Shown here piece after piece: positions 1-10,196 of a stretch of DNA of 36,525 bases (positions are counted from its first letter, which is position 1; every line of letters begins with the position of its first letter). The DNA comes from an uncultured Bacilli bacterium (GTDB taxonomy: Bacteria > Bacillota_I > Bacilli_A > RF39 > UBA660). Below the pieces are notes generated by a model that had not been told where the DNA came from, made no database searches, and saw nothing but the letters and a program-made list of their open reading frames with translations. Where the stretch lies: NCBI GenBank assembly GCA_944332105.1, contig CALVJI010000001.1, positions 1 to 36,525 of the forward strand, written 5' to 3'. Made by a program: the position numbers and the translations under genes.

Positions 1-76
1 TACTTTAGAAGAGATTTTAGCCTTTAAAAAAGATAGTGAGTGATCACTACTTTTTCAAGTGGCTGTGAATTGTAAC
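1..76. repeat. Left arm of the terminal inverted repeat; positions 2..76 pair with 36449..36523
   Basis: The reverse complement of 36449..36523 equals 2..76 with one mismatch (t25 versus a). The arm holds 13 codons plus TGA of an ORF entering from the left edge, then 33 nt of 3' flank. A 10-bp palindrome AGTGATCACT (39..48) overlaps the stop codon. Confidence 0.9.
2..43 (+). CDS. 3' end of an ORF truncated by the window edge (..TLEEILAFKKDSE*); repeated-gene copy A, function unknown
   Basis: The frame is open from the window edge to TGA at 41..43. A near-identical peptide is encoded on the minus strand at the other end of the window. Confidence 0.5.
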   Translation, partial: TLEEILAFKKDSE

Positions 77-141
77 AGAAAATTATAGAAAAAAGTAGGA
101 AAATGGTGTAGAATATATAGCCAATAACAAGGAGTGATTAA

Positions 142-678
142 ATGATATATTCTGAGATTCCTAGAGACTACTTTTTCCGTGAATTTCAAAAAAACTATGA
201 TAAAATTGTTCGGAATGAAATGAAAGAAGAATTTGACGTTTCATGGATACAAAATTTTAAACACGAAAAATTAAAGTGGATAGATACTGCTCTTTGGGAA
301 ACATGTATTGACTATATAAGTCTTGCCGAGATATTTCCGGATGAACTTCCAGAAAAAGGATTAGATTTCGCAGCTTATTTACTTAATGAAAAAGCTGATA
401 AATCACTTAAAACAAGTTTTGAACACTCTATGGTATTAATGAGTTCCATGTATTTAGCAAGTGTAGAAGCTGGATTTCCTTTAATTTACGTCATCACAAA
501 TAATTCTCTTTCTCCAGTATGTGATATATGGATGGATCAAGAACAAAACGTAAAAAGAATAAATATGATCAATATGGATTTAAAAGATCGCACTCAAACA
601 CTTCTTCGTTTATGTCTAATGATTCAAAACAAAACTCAAGGCCCAATTCCATTTATCCGTATGCGTAATAAAAAATAA
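142..678 (+). CDS. hypothetical protein (178 aa)
   Basis: Long ORF with RBS AAGGAGTG 5 nt upstream of the ATG. I recognise no family. Confidence 0.7.
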   Translation: MIYSEIPRDYFFREFQKNYDKIVRNEMKEEFDVSWIQNFKHEKLKWIDTALWETCIDYISLAEIFPDELPEKGLDFAAYLLNEKADKSLKTSFEHSMVLMSSMYLASVEAGFPLIYVITNNSLSPVCDIWMDQEQNVKRINMINMDLKDRTQTLLRLCLMIQNKTQGPIPFIRMRNKK

Positions 679-693
679 TAAAGGAGGTTGAAA

Positions 694-1452
694 ATGCAAA
701 TAGTTTCTTGGAATGTAGCTGGTATTCGTGCCTGTATAAAGAAAGGCTTTATTACTTTCTTCAATGAAATAAATGCAGATGTTTTCTGCGTACAAGAAGT
801 AAAAGCGCTAAAAGAGCAAATCGAATTTTTACCAGAAGGTTACGAACTTTATGCTTATCCTGCTGTTCGTAAAGGTTATTCGGGTACACTTATTTATACA
901 AAAATAAAACCCTTATCTGTAAAATATGGGATTGGTGACTCAGAATATGATGATGAAGGTCGTAATATCACTTTAGAATTTGCCGATTTTTATTTAGTAA
1001 ATTGCTATGTACCAAATGTTAAAAGAACTTTAGAAAGAATGGCTTCAAGAATGCGCTATGAAGAATTGTTCTTAAATTATATTGAAGAGTTAAAACAAAT
1101 AAAACCTGTTATTTTTTGTGGAGACTTAAACGTTGCTCATGAAGAAATTGATATTAAAAATGCAAAAGCAAATATTGGTAATGCTGGTTTTACTTATGAG
1201 GAGCGCGATAAACTAACCAATTTACTCGCACATGGCTTTACAGATACCTTTAGATATTTCTATCCTGAAAAAACAGATGCGTATACATGGTGGAGCTATA
1301 TGAAAGATGTTCGTGCCAAAAATATTGGCTGGCGCATTGATTACTTTATTGTTTCGAATGACTTCTTACCTTATTTAAAAGACAGTATAATTTATAAAGA
1401 TATTTATGGCAGCGATCATTGCCCAATTGGCTTAATACTAAAAGATAAATGA
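694..1452 (+). CDS. xth: exodeoxyribonuclease III (AP endonuclease, ExoIII/Xth family)
   Basis: MQIVSWNVAG N-terminus, CVQEVK, GDLNVAH and SDHCP motifs. GGAGG sits 6 nt upstream of the ATG at 694. The TTG at 688 in the ORF track abuts the RBS and is unlikely to be the start. Confidence 0.9.
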   Translation: MQIVSWNVAGIRACIKKGFITFFNEINADVFCVQEVKALKEQIEFLPEGYELYAYPAVRKGYSGTLIYTKIKPLSVKYGIGDSEYDDEGRNITLEFADFYLVNCYVPNVKRTLERMASRMRYEELFLNYIEELKQIKPVIFCGDLNVAHEEIDIKNAKANIGNAGFTYEERDKLTNLLAHGFTDTFRYFYPEKTDAYTWWSYMKDVRAKNIGWRIDYFIVSNDFLPYLKDSIIYKDIYGSDHCPIGLILKDK

Positions 1453-1492
1453 TTTTGTTTTTAGTAACATTTTAATGAATAATAACCTTGTG

Positions 1493-1515
1493 AACAAGAG
1501 AAATCTTGTTTTTTT
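1493..1515 (+). terminator. rho-independent terminator after xth
   Basis: Stem AACAAGA/TCTTGTT, loop GAAA, followed by a T run. Confidence 0.6.
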
Positions 1516-1566
1516 ACATTTTCAATGATATTCTATTCTTAGAGTTAAGGAAGAGGAGAAAAGAAA

Positions 1567-2653
1567 ATGAGTCCAAATGAACTTATCAACATTTTAAAAA
1601 ATTATCAAATAAGAGTCGAAGAACTTGGGAGGTCACTTTGACATAGAATCAAAGCAAAAAAGAATCGAGAAATTAGAACAAGAGACTCTTAAAGAAGATT
1701 TTTGGCAAGACATAAAAAAATCAAATGAGGTAAACAAAGAGTTATCTTCATTAAAAAAAATCACTTCTAAGCTTGCTAAGTTAACAACTGAAATAAAGGA
1801 TAACATAGAATTAATACCTTTACTAAATAATGAAGAATTATCCACGGTAGAAGATGAGTTATCCACAATTGAAAAAGAAATAAATGATTTAGAACTTGAT
1901 ACCCTATTAAATGGAGAATATGATAATTTAAATTGTTATTTAGAAATCCATCCTGGAGCAGGTGGGACAGAATCTTGCGATTGGGCAAGCATGCTCTTAC
2001 GAATGTATAAAATGTTTTGTGAAAAAAACGGATTTACTTATGAAGTGGTAGAAGAACAAGCCGGTGAAGAAGCTGGAATTAAAAGTGCCACTCTCTATAT
2101 AAAGGGAGAATATGCCTATGGTTATTTAAAAAATGAAAAGGGCGTTCATCGTCTAGTTCGTATTTCTCCCTTTGATGCAGGTAGAAGAAGACATACTTCC
2201 TTTGCATCTGTTTCGGTAACACCTGAATACAATACGGATATTTCCATTGATATAAAAGAAAGTGATTTAAAAATAGATGTCTATCATTCCAGTGGTGCCG
2301 GCGGTCAATCCGTAAATACTGCAAATTCGGCCGTTCGTATTACCCATTTACCAACAAAAATTGTAGTGACATGCCAAAATGAACGTAGCCAACTAAAAAA
2401 TAAAGAACAAGCTATGAAAATTTTAAAAAATAAAATTTACCAACAAGAACTAGAAAAAAAAGAAGCTGAACTTCATGCTTTAAAAGGCGAAAATGTCGAT
2501 ATTAATTTTGGCAGTCAAATTCGCAACTATGTATTAGAACCTTACAAATTAGTAAAAGATATACGCGTAAATTATGAAACAAGTAACACGGATAAAATAT
2601 TAAATGGTGATTTAAAAGAATTAATTGAAGCTTTATTAAAAAAGAAGGAATAA
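1567..2653 (+). CDS. prfB: peptide chain release factor 2, requiring a programmed +1 ribosomal frameshift at 1636..1642
   Basis: A 24-codon frame-0 leader (MSPNELINILKNYQIRVEELGRSL) ends at CTT TGA C. The +1 frame continues DIESKQ... and carries the SPF (RISPFDA) and GGQ (SGAGGQSVN) motifs. Confidence 0.93.
1627..1642 (+). promoter_or_regulatory. prfB autoregulatory frameshift site (internal SD-like GGGAGG followed by CTT TGA C)
   Basis: The sequence gggaggtcactttgac has the canonical spacing of an SD-like element, then slippery CUU and a UGA C stop. Confidence 0.9.
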
Positions 2654-2654
2654 T

Positions 2655-3536
2655 ATGACTAGAAAAATAAAAAAGTATTTGCAAATTATTGTCGGAATTT
2701 TTATAACAGCTACTGTTTATAATCTTTTTTTAGCGCCCTACAACTTAGTAAATGGTGATGTTAGTGGTCTTGCAATTATAGCTCGACGTTTTTTCTATAT
2801 CAATGAAAGTGTATTTATTTTAGTTGGAAATTTATTAATTCTATTATTAAGCTTTTACTTTTTAGATTGGCCTAAAACTAAGCATAGCATCTTAGGATCC
2901 TTACTTTTTCCTCTTTGTGTTTACCTAACAGCTGACATTAAAAACTTTATTGTCATAACCGACTTAGATCCTCTACTCGTCGCGATTATTGGCGGGGCTT
3001 TAAATGGCTTTGGCAATGGCTTAATTTTTCAGAATGATTACACTACTGGTGGAACAGATATTCTCGAACAACTTTTAGTAAAATTTGCTAAGATGCCTTT
3101 TAGTAAAGCGATTATTTATATAGATGGAGCCATCATTGTCTTGAGTGGATTAGTTTACGGTATGGAAACTTTGCTATATTCTTTGATTGTTTTAATATTA
3201 TCGAGCGAATTAACACATCGAACTATGTTTAAAATAAATCGCCATCAATTATTATTTGTTCAATCAAAAAAGATAAATAAAATTAAAGAATATTTACAAA
3301 CACAATATGTTTATGACGTGACGTTATTAAATACAATAGGCGGTTATACCCAAAAGAAAAGAAAAACTCTTTTCTGTGCTGTTGAAAAAAAAGACTGTTA
3401 TCCTATTAAAGAAGGAATTCTTCTCATTGATCCCCATGCTTTTATCACATTTGTTAAAGCTTACGAAACGCAAAATGGCAATCATACGCTAAGGCATAAT
3501 CAAGAAAAATTAACACTCGACGAGGATAAGTGCTAA
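2655..3536 (+). CDS. YitT family membrane protein (DUF2179 C-terminal domain)
   Basis: Multi-TM N-terminal part, TGGTDI motif and a C-terminal DUF2179-like domain. Paralogue of 32679..33572. Confidence 0.8.
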   Translation: MTRKIKKYLQIIVGIFITATVYNLFLAPYNLVNGDVSGLAIIARRFFYINESVFILVGNLLILLLSFYFLDWPKTKHSILGSLLFPLCVYLTADIKNFIVITDLDPLLVAIIGGALNGFGNGLIFQNDYTTGGTDILEQLLVKFAKMPFSKAIIYIDGAIIVLSGLVYGMETLLYSLIVLILSSELTHRTMFKINRHQLLFVQSKKINKIKEYLQTQYVYDVTLLNTIGGYTQKKRKTLFCAVEKKDCYPIKEGILLIDPHAFITFVKAYETQNGNHTLRHNQEKLTLDEDKC

Positions 3537-3598
3537 AAAACCCTTGAAAAATACCAAAGAATTTAGTAAAATAACATATGATTTCTTTAGGAGTGATT

Positions 3599-4924
3599 AT
3601 GAAAGAAATAAAAAAATATTTACAATCGCGAATTACTGACAAAGATACTTGTGTTCTTGCTCTATCAGGTGGCCCAGATTCAATGTGTTTATTATCTTTA
3701 TTAGAAGAAATAAACGCACATATCATCTGTGTTCATATTAATCATAATACAAGAGCTGCTTGTATAGAAGAATATGCCTTCATAAAAAAATATGTAGAGC
3801 AAAAAAAGATTCCTCTTGTCTATCATAAAATTGAAGAATATACAAAAGGAAAATTTACAGAGGAAGAAGCACGAGAAATACGTTATCAAAAATTATTATC
3901 AGTCGCGAATGAATATCATGCAAAATACATTTTAACAGCTCATCATGCAGATGATTTAACAGAGACTATTATAATGCGCTTACTAAGAGGAAGCACCCTC
4001 GAAGGTTATGCTGGCTTTAAAAAAGAAACGACTTATCAAGGCCACATAATTTTAAGGCCGTTCATTTCCAAAAAAAAGCAGGAAATTTATGCATATTTAA
4101 AAGCAAATGAAATACCATATATAGAAGATGAAAGTAATAAAAGTGATGACTACGAAAGAAATCGTATTCGTCACCATATATTGCCGCTTTTAGAACGAGA
4201 AAACGATAAATATCCAACAAAGATTCTTCAATTTAGTAATACTCTTCTAAAAAAAGCAACATTACTTAAAGAAATCATGGATGATGAAAGGAAAAAGATT
4301 GAAGAAAATGGCAAAATAAATGTATCTTTATTTAAAAAACTATCTCCTTTAATGCAAGAGTCATACGTTGAATATTATTTACAAGATGTATATCAAGAGA
4401 ATCTAAAAAAAATTACCTTAAAACATCAAAGATTATTTCTTAAAAGTATTGAGAATAAAGAAACTAGGTTAATTTTAGATTTTCCAGGGGGTTATCAGTT
4501 AGTAAAAGAAAATGGATATATTTATTTAGCCAAAAAGAAAGAAAGCGTATCTTATTGTATAAAATGTGAGGATATGAACATCTTACCTAATGGGATACTA
4601 AAAAAAATAGAAAATTACGAGGAGAAAAGTAATTATGAAATTCATTTGAATTCTCAAGAAATCGCTTTACCTTTATATATTACTACCAGAAAAAATGGCA
4701 TGAAAATGGCTACCAAAAATTTAAATGGTCATCAAAAAATCAGTGATATCTTAACAAATAGTAAAATAAAAGGCTCAAAAAAAGATGAAATTCCTATTCT
4801 GGTTGACAGTAAAGGCGAGGTTTTATGGGTTTTAGGTATCAAGAAATCAAAATATGATTTAGAAAAAGATAAAAACTATGATATAATATACAAGTATATT
4901 GAAAGAAAGGAAAAAACAATATGA
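3599..4924 (+). CDS. tilS: tRNA(Ile)-lysidine synthetase
   Basis: SGGPDS PP-loop and the conserved position immediately upstream of ftsH. RBS AGGAGTG precedes the ATG at 3599. Confidence 0.88.
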   Translation: MKEIKKYLQSRITDKDTCVLALSGGPDSMCLLSLLEEINAHIICVHINHNTRAACIEEYAFIKKYVEQKKIPLVYHKIEEYTKGKFTEEEAREIRYQKLLSVANEYHAKYILTAHHADDLTETIIMRLLRGSTLEGYAGFKKETTYQGHIILRPFISKKKQEIYAYLKANEIPYIEDESNKSDDYERNRIRHHILPLLERENDKYPTKILQFSNTLLKKATLLKEIMDDERKKIEENGKINVSLFKKLSPLMQESYVEYYLQDVYQENLKKITLKHQRLFLKSIENKETRLILDFPGGYQLVKENGYIYLAKKKESVSYCIKCEDMNILPNGILKKIENYEEKSNYEIHLNSQEIALPLYITTRKNGMKMATKNLNGHQKISDILTNSKIKGSKKDEIPILVDSKGEVLWVLGIKKSKYDLEKDKNYDIIYKYIERKEKTI

Positions 4925-6915
4925 GAAAAACAAATCAAAATGCTATGCGCAATTTATTTCCTTATTTGATTTTAGTCATTGTAATATTTGTTGTTTTAAG
5001 CGTTCTAAATTTAGGACGGACGATTACAAACAACTTAACAACCGGCGAATTAATGAGTGAAATAGAAAATAAAAATGTGACAGAAATTACCATAACACCT
5101 AGTAGTGAAGAAAGTGTTTATTATATTGATGGTAAATTATCTACATATAAAGAAAATGAAACCTTTCGCGCTACTGTTGTGGAAGCAGAATTAGATAATA
5201 TTATTAAGTATGCTGAATCAGCTGATCTAAAGGTATATGAGACGAATCCAGATCCAGGTACAATCTCATGGGTATATATTTTAATAAATATTGTACCACT
5301 AATCATTTTAGTCGGCGCTACTTACTTCATTTTTGTTAAAATGGCAAACAGTAATAAAGGATCTATGGACTTTGGTAAAAGTCGTGCGAAACTATCAAGT
5401 GATGGTGGCAAAGTTCGTTTTAGTGATGTTGCAGGCTTAAAAGAAGAAAAAGAAGAAGTTTCAGAATTAATTGATTTCTTAAAAAATCCTAAAAAATTCC
5501 AACGTTTAGGCGCTCGTATTCCAAAAGGTGTCTTACTAGTAGGCCCTCCTGGAACAGGTAAAACTTTATTAGCAAAAGCTGTAGCTGGTGAAGCAAACGT
5601 ACCATTCTACTTTATCAGTGGTTCAGATTTCGTTGAATTATTCGTTGGTGTCGGTGCTAGCCGTGTTCGAGACATGTTTAAAGAAGCCAAACGAAATGCA
5701 CCATGTTTAATATTTATCGATGAAATTGATGCAGTTGGACGTCAAAGAGGTTCAGGCATTGGTGGAGGACATGATGAAAGAGAACAAACACTTAACCAAT
5801 TGTTAACAGAAATGGATGGCTTTGGTGCAAATGAAGGAATTATTATCATTGCCGCGACGAACCGCCCAGATGTTCTAGATCCAGCTTTACTACGACCAGG
5901 ACGTTTTGATCGTCAAGTAACAGTTAATCTTCCAGATACTGAAGAAAGAGAAGCAATTTTAAAAGTTCATTCTAAAAATAAAATTTTAGCTAACAATGTT
6001 AACCTAAAAAGTATTAGTCAAAGAACTTCAGGTTTCTCTGGAGCTGATTTGGAAAACTTAATGAATGAAGCAGCCCTTCTTGCTGTTCGTAAAAATGAGG
6101 CAGCTATTACTCTTCAAGATATTGATGAAGCGACCGATCGCGTATTAATGGGACCAGCTAAAACTTCTAGAAAAGTTAGCGATGATGTTAAATGGTTAAC
6201 TGCAGTTCATGAATCTGGTCACGCTGTATTAGGCTTAAAATTAAAAGATGCAATGGAAGTTCAAAAAATCACGATTGTACCAAGAGGTATGGCTGGTGGT
6301 TACACAGCTTATACACCTAAAGAAGATAACATTACAAGATATACAAGAAATGAGATGATCGCGATTATTACTTCTACTCTAGGTGGTCGTGCAGCTGAAG
6401 AATTATTCCTAGATGATATAACTACTGGAGCTAGTGATGACTTTAAACGTTCGACTGAACTAGCTAGAAGCATGGTAACTGAATATGGTATGAGTGATCT
6501 AGGACCAATTCGTTACGAAGCAAATTCTGGTGATAATGTATTCTTAGGTCGTGATTATAATAAAACGAAAAATTACTCTGATAAAGTTGCTTTAGAGATC
6601 GATCAAGAAGCGCGTAAAATTATTATGAATTGTTATGAAAATGCCAAGAAAATATTAAAAGAAAATAAAGATTTAGTTATGTTATTAAGTCATACATTAA
6701 TTGAAAGAGAAACTATTACCAAAGAACAAATTGATGAATTAGTTCGGACTGGTAAAATTGAAGATGAAACTTTTGACATTAGTGATGAACCAACAATCAG
6801 TAAACTAAGAGAAGAAGCTAAAGCCATGAAAATAAAAGGTGCATCAAAAATGACTAAAGAGGAATTGGAACAAGCTTTAGAGGAAGCAGAAAAACAAAAA
6901 AATAACGAAGAATAA
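4921..6915 (+). CDS. ftsH: ATP-dependent zinc metalloprotease FtsH
   Basis: Two N-terminal TM segments, Walker A GPPGTGKT, the AAA second region of homology, and the zinc site HESGHA. Confidence 0.97.
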   Translation: MRKTNQNAMRNLFPYLILVIVIFVVLSVLNLGRTITNNLTTGELMSEIENKNVTEITITPSSEESVYYIDGKLSTYKENETFRATVVEAELDNIIKYAESADLKVYETNPDPGTISWVYILINIVPLIILVGATYFIFVKMANSNKGSMDFGKSRAKLSSDGGKVRFSDVAGLKEEKEEVSELIDFLKNPKKFQRLGARIPKGVLLVGPPGTGKTLLAKAVAGEANVPFYFISGSDFVELFVGVGASRVRDMFKEAKRNAPCLIFIDEIDAVGRQRGSGIGGGHDEREQTLNQLLTEMDGFGANEGIIIIAATNRPDVLDPALLRPGRFDRQVTVNLPDTEEREAILKVHSKNKILANNVNLKSISQRTSGFSGADLENLMNEAALLAVRKNEAAITLQDIDEATDRVLMGPAKTSRKVSDDVKWLTAVHESGHAVLGLKLKDAMEVQKITIVPRGMAGGYTAYTPKEDNITRYTRNEMIAIITSTLGGRAAEELFLDDITTGASDDFKRSTELARSMVTEYGMSDLGPIRYEANSGDNVFLGRDYNKTKNYSDKVALEIDQEARKIIMNCYENAKKILKENKDLVMLLSHTLIERETITKEQIDELVRTGKIEDETFDISDEPTISKLREEAKAMKIKGASKMTKEELEQALEEAEKQKNNEE

Positions 6916-6944
6916 AGAAAGAGAAAAAAAATCTTTCTTTTTTT
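6914..6944 (+). terminator. rho-independent terminator after ftsH
   Basis: Stem AAAGAAAGA/TCTTTCTTT followed by a T run. Confidence 0.7.
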
Positions 6945-7105
6945 AATTTTGCAAATTTTAAAAATCTGCAAAAAAAGTTATACAAATTTTATTAAAAGGT
7001 TATTACAAAATGAATTTTCTGTATTTTTTAACTTAAAATTCCCTGAAATTAGCGATTTGCAATGGTCAAAAACTTGTGATACCATGCCGTTTGAAAGGAG
7101 AAAAA

Positions 7106-7501
7106 ATGAAAAAATATCAAATAACATATTGCTTAGACGGCGAAGTTTTATTTAAAACAAAGAATAATTCAGGTTATCAGTTAGTAGCTAACTTTTTAAG
7201 TGCTAATACGAAAGGCGATTGCATAAAATGTTTACAAATTGGCAAAGTTTGTTACTATGAAATCAATATGGAAAAGGCGATTCAAGTAATTAAGCAAAAA
7301 AAGCAGTATGACTACAATGAACTTGAAAGATATCTATTATCCTTTATTGAAGCATTTCTTGCTAATACAGCAGATGAGCTAATGACGTATCTTTCAAATA
7401 CAAATAGTTATACGAAAAAAGAGCTAGCAGATATTGAATTAGAATTTGAAAGAAAGAAAAAAAGAATAAAATTTAAGCAGAAAAAGTTTAAAACGGCATA
7501 A
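7106..7501 (+). CDS. hypothetical protein (131 aa)
   Basis: ORF with RBS AAAGGAG 6 nt upstream of the ATG at 7106. The longer track start at 7076 has no RBS. Confidence 0.65.
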   Translation: MKKYQITYCLDGEVLFKTKNNSGYQLVANFLSANTKGDCIKCLQIGKVCYYEINMEKAIQVIKQKKQYDYNELERYLLSFIEAFLANTADELMTYLSNTNSYTKKELADIELEFERKKKRIKFKQKKFKTA

Positions 7502-7546
7502 CTTTATGTTAAAATGGTAATAGACTAGAAATTAAAAGGTGGTATT

Positions 7547-8332
7547 ATGGCAAAAGTTATTTCATTAGTAAATCAAAAAGGTGGGGTAGGAAAAACTACT
7601 ACAAGTATTAATCTTGCTGCAGCATTAGGAAAAGAAGGCAAAAAAACGCTTTTAATCGATTTGGACCCTCAAGGTAATGCTTCTAATGGCTTAGGTTTAA
7701 ACAACAATGATTTTGATAAAGACATTTATGATGTAATTACAGGTGTTTGTGAAATTAAAGAAGCAATTATTAAAACAAAGTTCCGTAATTTATCTATCAT
7801 TCCTGCAACGATTAATCTTGCTGGTGTTGATGTGGAATTTGTCAAAAAAATGTTAGAAGACAATACTTTTAGGCAAAACGAACAATTAAGAAATGCCATC
7901 GAAGAAATCAAAGAAAAATATGATTACATCATTATTGACTGTCAGCCTTCTTTAGGTATATCTACAATGAATGCATTAGTGGCAAGTGATTCTGTAATTA
8001 TTCCAGTGCAATGCGAATACTTTGCGCTTGAGGGAATTACTCAACTTCTAAATTCCATTATTTTAGTGCAATCAAATATGAATCCTGAACTGCGAATTGA
8101 AGGCGTGTTACTAACCATGTTAGATGGCCGTACAAATATTGGATTAGAAGTAATTGAAGAAGTTCGTAAATGCTTTAAGTCTAAAGTATTTAATACAATT
8201 ATTCCTCGTCTAGTCCGTTTAGTAGAAGCTCCATCTCATGGCAAACCAATTAGTGATTACGATCCAACTTCACGTGCTACACTCGCTTATCAAAACTTAG
8301 CAAAGGAAGTGATAAGTCGCAATGGAAACTAA
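7547..8332 (+). CDS. soj: chromosome partitioning ATPase ParA/Soj
   Basis: Deviant Walker A KGGVGKTT, and the gene is paired with parB. Confidence 0.93.
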   Translation: MAKVISLVNQKGGVGKTTTSINLAAALGKEGKKTLLIDLDPQGNASNGLGLNNNDFDKDIYDVITGVCEIKEAIIKTKFRNLSIIPATINLAGVDVEFVKKMLEDNTFRQNEQLRNAIEEIKEKYDYIIIDCQPSLGISTMNALVASDSVIIPVQCEYFALEGITQLLNSIILVQSNMNPELRIEGVLLTMLDGRTNIGLEVIEEVRKCFKSKVFNTIIPRLVRLVEAPSHGKPISDYDPTSRATLAYQNLAKEVISRNGN

Positions 8333-9212
8333 AAGAAAAGCTTTAGGAAAAGGCTTGGAACAATTATTCTCTAATGAAGTAATTAATTTTGAAAATTTTG
8401 AAAAAGATGTAGTTAAAAGTGCTTCAAAAAATGATATTGCAGAAATAAAAATAAGTGACATACGAAGTAATCCTTATCAACCACGTAAAACATTTGATGA
8501 AACCACTTTACAAGAACTAGCAGATTCTATTAAAGAACATGGTATAATCGAGCCAGTTATTGTTAAAAAAGCGATCAAAGGCTATGAATTAGTCGCCGGT
8601 GAAAGAAGAACAAAGGCTGCTAAACTTGCAGGTTTAGAAACTATTCCAGCAATTATTAAAGATTTTAATGATCAAGAAATGATGGAAATAGCTTTAATCG
8701 AAAATATTCAAAGAGAAGACTTAAATCCGATTGATGAAGCAAATGCCTATCAAAAAATCATTGAATTGGGACATTTAACTCAAGAAGAATTTGCTAAAAA
8801 ATTTGGCAAAAGTCGTAGTCATGTAACCAATATGCTAGGTTTATTAAAATTGCCTTTCTCTGTGAAAGAATTAGTAGAAAAAAAAGAATTGTCAATGGGC
8901 CATGCCCGCGCATTAAGTAAAATTGAAGATGCAGACAAAATTAAACAATTAGCAGAAAAAGTAATTACTAACAACATGAGTGTGCGTGAATTAGAAGCTG
9001 AGATTCAAGAAACCAAAATTCCAAAACACGAACAGCAAGACCGCAGCTATGAAACAAAATCAATTCGCAACACCATATATGAACGACTTATGCGTGAAAA
9101 AGTGGGAACAAAAGTGAAAATCACCAAGAAAAAAATTGAAATACCATATGATTCAGAAAAAGATTTAGAGAGGATACTAGAGATATTAGGAATTAGAATA
9201 GAAGGTGTATAA
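8322..9212 (+). CDS. spo0J: chromosome partitioning protein ParB/Spo0J
   Basis: ParB box GERRTKAA, an HTH region, and an overlap with the end of soj. Confidence 0.92.
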   Translation: METKRKALGKGLEQLFSNEVINFENFEKDVVKSASKNDIAEIKISDIRSNPYQPRKTFDETTLQELADSIKEHGIIEPVIVKKAIKGYELVAGERRTKAAKLAGLETIPAIIKDFNDQEMMEIALIENIQREDLNPIDEANAYQKIIELGHLTQEEFAKKFGKSRSHVTNMLGLLKLPFSVKELVEKKELSMGHARALSKIEDADKIKQLAEKVITNNMSVRELEAEIQETKIPKHEQQDRSYETKSIRNTIYERLMREKVGTKVKITKKKIEIPYDSEKDLERILEILGIRIEGV

Positions 9213-10018
9213 TGGAAAACCTTAAAAATTTTATTTTACAAGAAAAAGTAATCGCCCCAATTATCATTCTACTTAGTACATGGATATTAATTAAAGTAAT
9301 GAAGATAATTGTCAAAAAAATATTCATCAAAGATAAAAAGAACTTTATTGGTAAAAAAAGAACTACAATTATCGAATTAGTTACCAATGTTTTAAAGTTT
9401 TTTGTCTATGCAATTGCGATTATGATGATTTTAGAAGTTTATGGCGTTGATACCAAAGGTATTCTAGCTTCTTTAGGAATTGCCGGCGTTGTTTTAGGTT
9501 TAGCTCTTCAAGAAACTGTTCAAGATTTAATGAGTGGAATAAGTATTATCCTTGATAATTACTATGTGATCGGAGATACAATTCGCATCGATGACTTTAC
9601 AGGCGAAGTAGTTGAACTTTCTTTAAAAAGTACAAAAATTAAAGGTGCAAATGGTGAAATGTATATTTTTGCCAACCGTCTAGTTGATAAAGTTGTTAAC
9701 TTATCTCAAGCTAGAGCTGGTGTTAAAATTGAGATACCAACAGCTTATGAAGAAAATACTGAAAAAGTCGAAAAAGCTTTAGATGCATTAATGGAAGAAA
9801 TCAAAAAAATTCCTGATGTCTATGAAGATAGCTCATATTTAGGTATCGAAATGCTTGATGCATCAGCTATTAAATACTCATTGATGATTTATTGTAAATC
9901 AAGTGAACAGTATGCTATTAAACGAAAAATTTTAAAGATGATAAAAGAAGTGTATGAACAAGAAAATATAAAAATGCCATATAACCAGATCGAGGTGCAT
10001 AATGGAAAAGAATTATAG
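9212..10018 (+). CDS. small-conductance mechanosensitive channel (MscS family)
   Basis: Three N-terminal TM segments and an MscS beta domain (GDTIRIDDFTGEVVELSLKSTKI). Confidence 0.85.
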   Translation: MENLKNFILQEKVIAPIIILLSTWILIKVMKIIVKKIFIKDKKNFIGKKRTTIIELVTNVLKFFVYAIAIMMILEVYGVDTKGILASLGIAGVVLGLALQETVQDLMSGISIILDNYYVIGDTIRIDDFTGEVVELSLKSTKIKGANGEMYIFANRLVDKVVNLSQARAGVKIEIPTAYEENTEKVEKALDALMEEIKKIPDVYEDSSYLGIEMLDASAIKYSLMIYCKSSEQYAIKRKILKMIKEVYEQENIKMPYNQIEVHNGKEL

Positions 10019-10196
10019 TTTAAATACCCATGTCGTAATGAAAAAAAATCATGCTTGTGGAACCAATGAATGGATAATCACACGTATGGGCGTAGACATC
10101 AAATTAAAATGTGTCCACTGTGGACGAGAAATCATGATGGATCGGTTAGAATTTGAAAGAAAGCTAAAGAAAATATTAGGTGATAGTCATGAATAA
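10002..10196 (+). CDS. DUF951 family small zinc-ribbon-like protein (YyzM-like)
   Basis: HACGTNEW...CVHCGR pattern, and the conserved position between spo0J and ychF as in Bacillus. Confidence 0.75.
   Translation: MEKNYSLNTHVVMKKNHACGTNEWIITRMGVDIKLKCVHCGREIMMDRLEFERKLKKILGDSHE

Noticed and set aside
1838-1867. DnaA-box matches: TTATCCACg (1838..1846) and a perfect TTATCCACA (1859..1867) in prfB, plus another perfect box at 12665..12673 in ychF. These could hint at oriC near parAB.
   Set aside because: All are inside conserved coding sequence. The prfB pair is explained by a repeated ELST peptide. There is no AT-rich unwinding element, no intergenic cluster and no dnaA or dnaN gene nearby.
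6949-7155. A 68-aa plus-strand ORF in the ftsH-downstream spacer.
   Set aside because: It has no RBS, starts within the terminator and promoter region, and runs into the better-supported gene starting at 7106 in another frame.
8266-8281. A parS-like sequence, aacttCACGTGctaca, near the end of soj.
   Set aside because: Apart from the CACGTG core, only 4 of the 9 specified flanking positions match the Firmicute parS consensus TGTTNCACGTGAAACA. I found no convincing parS in the window.
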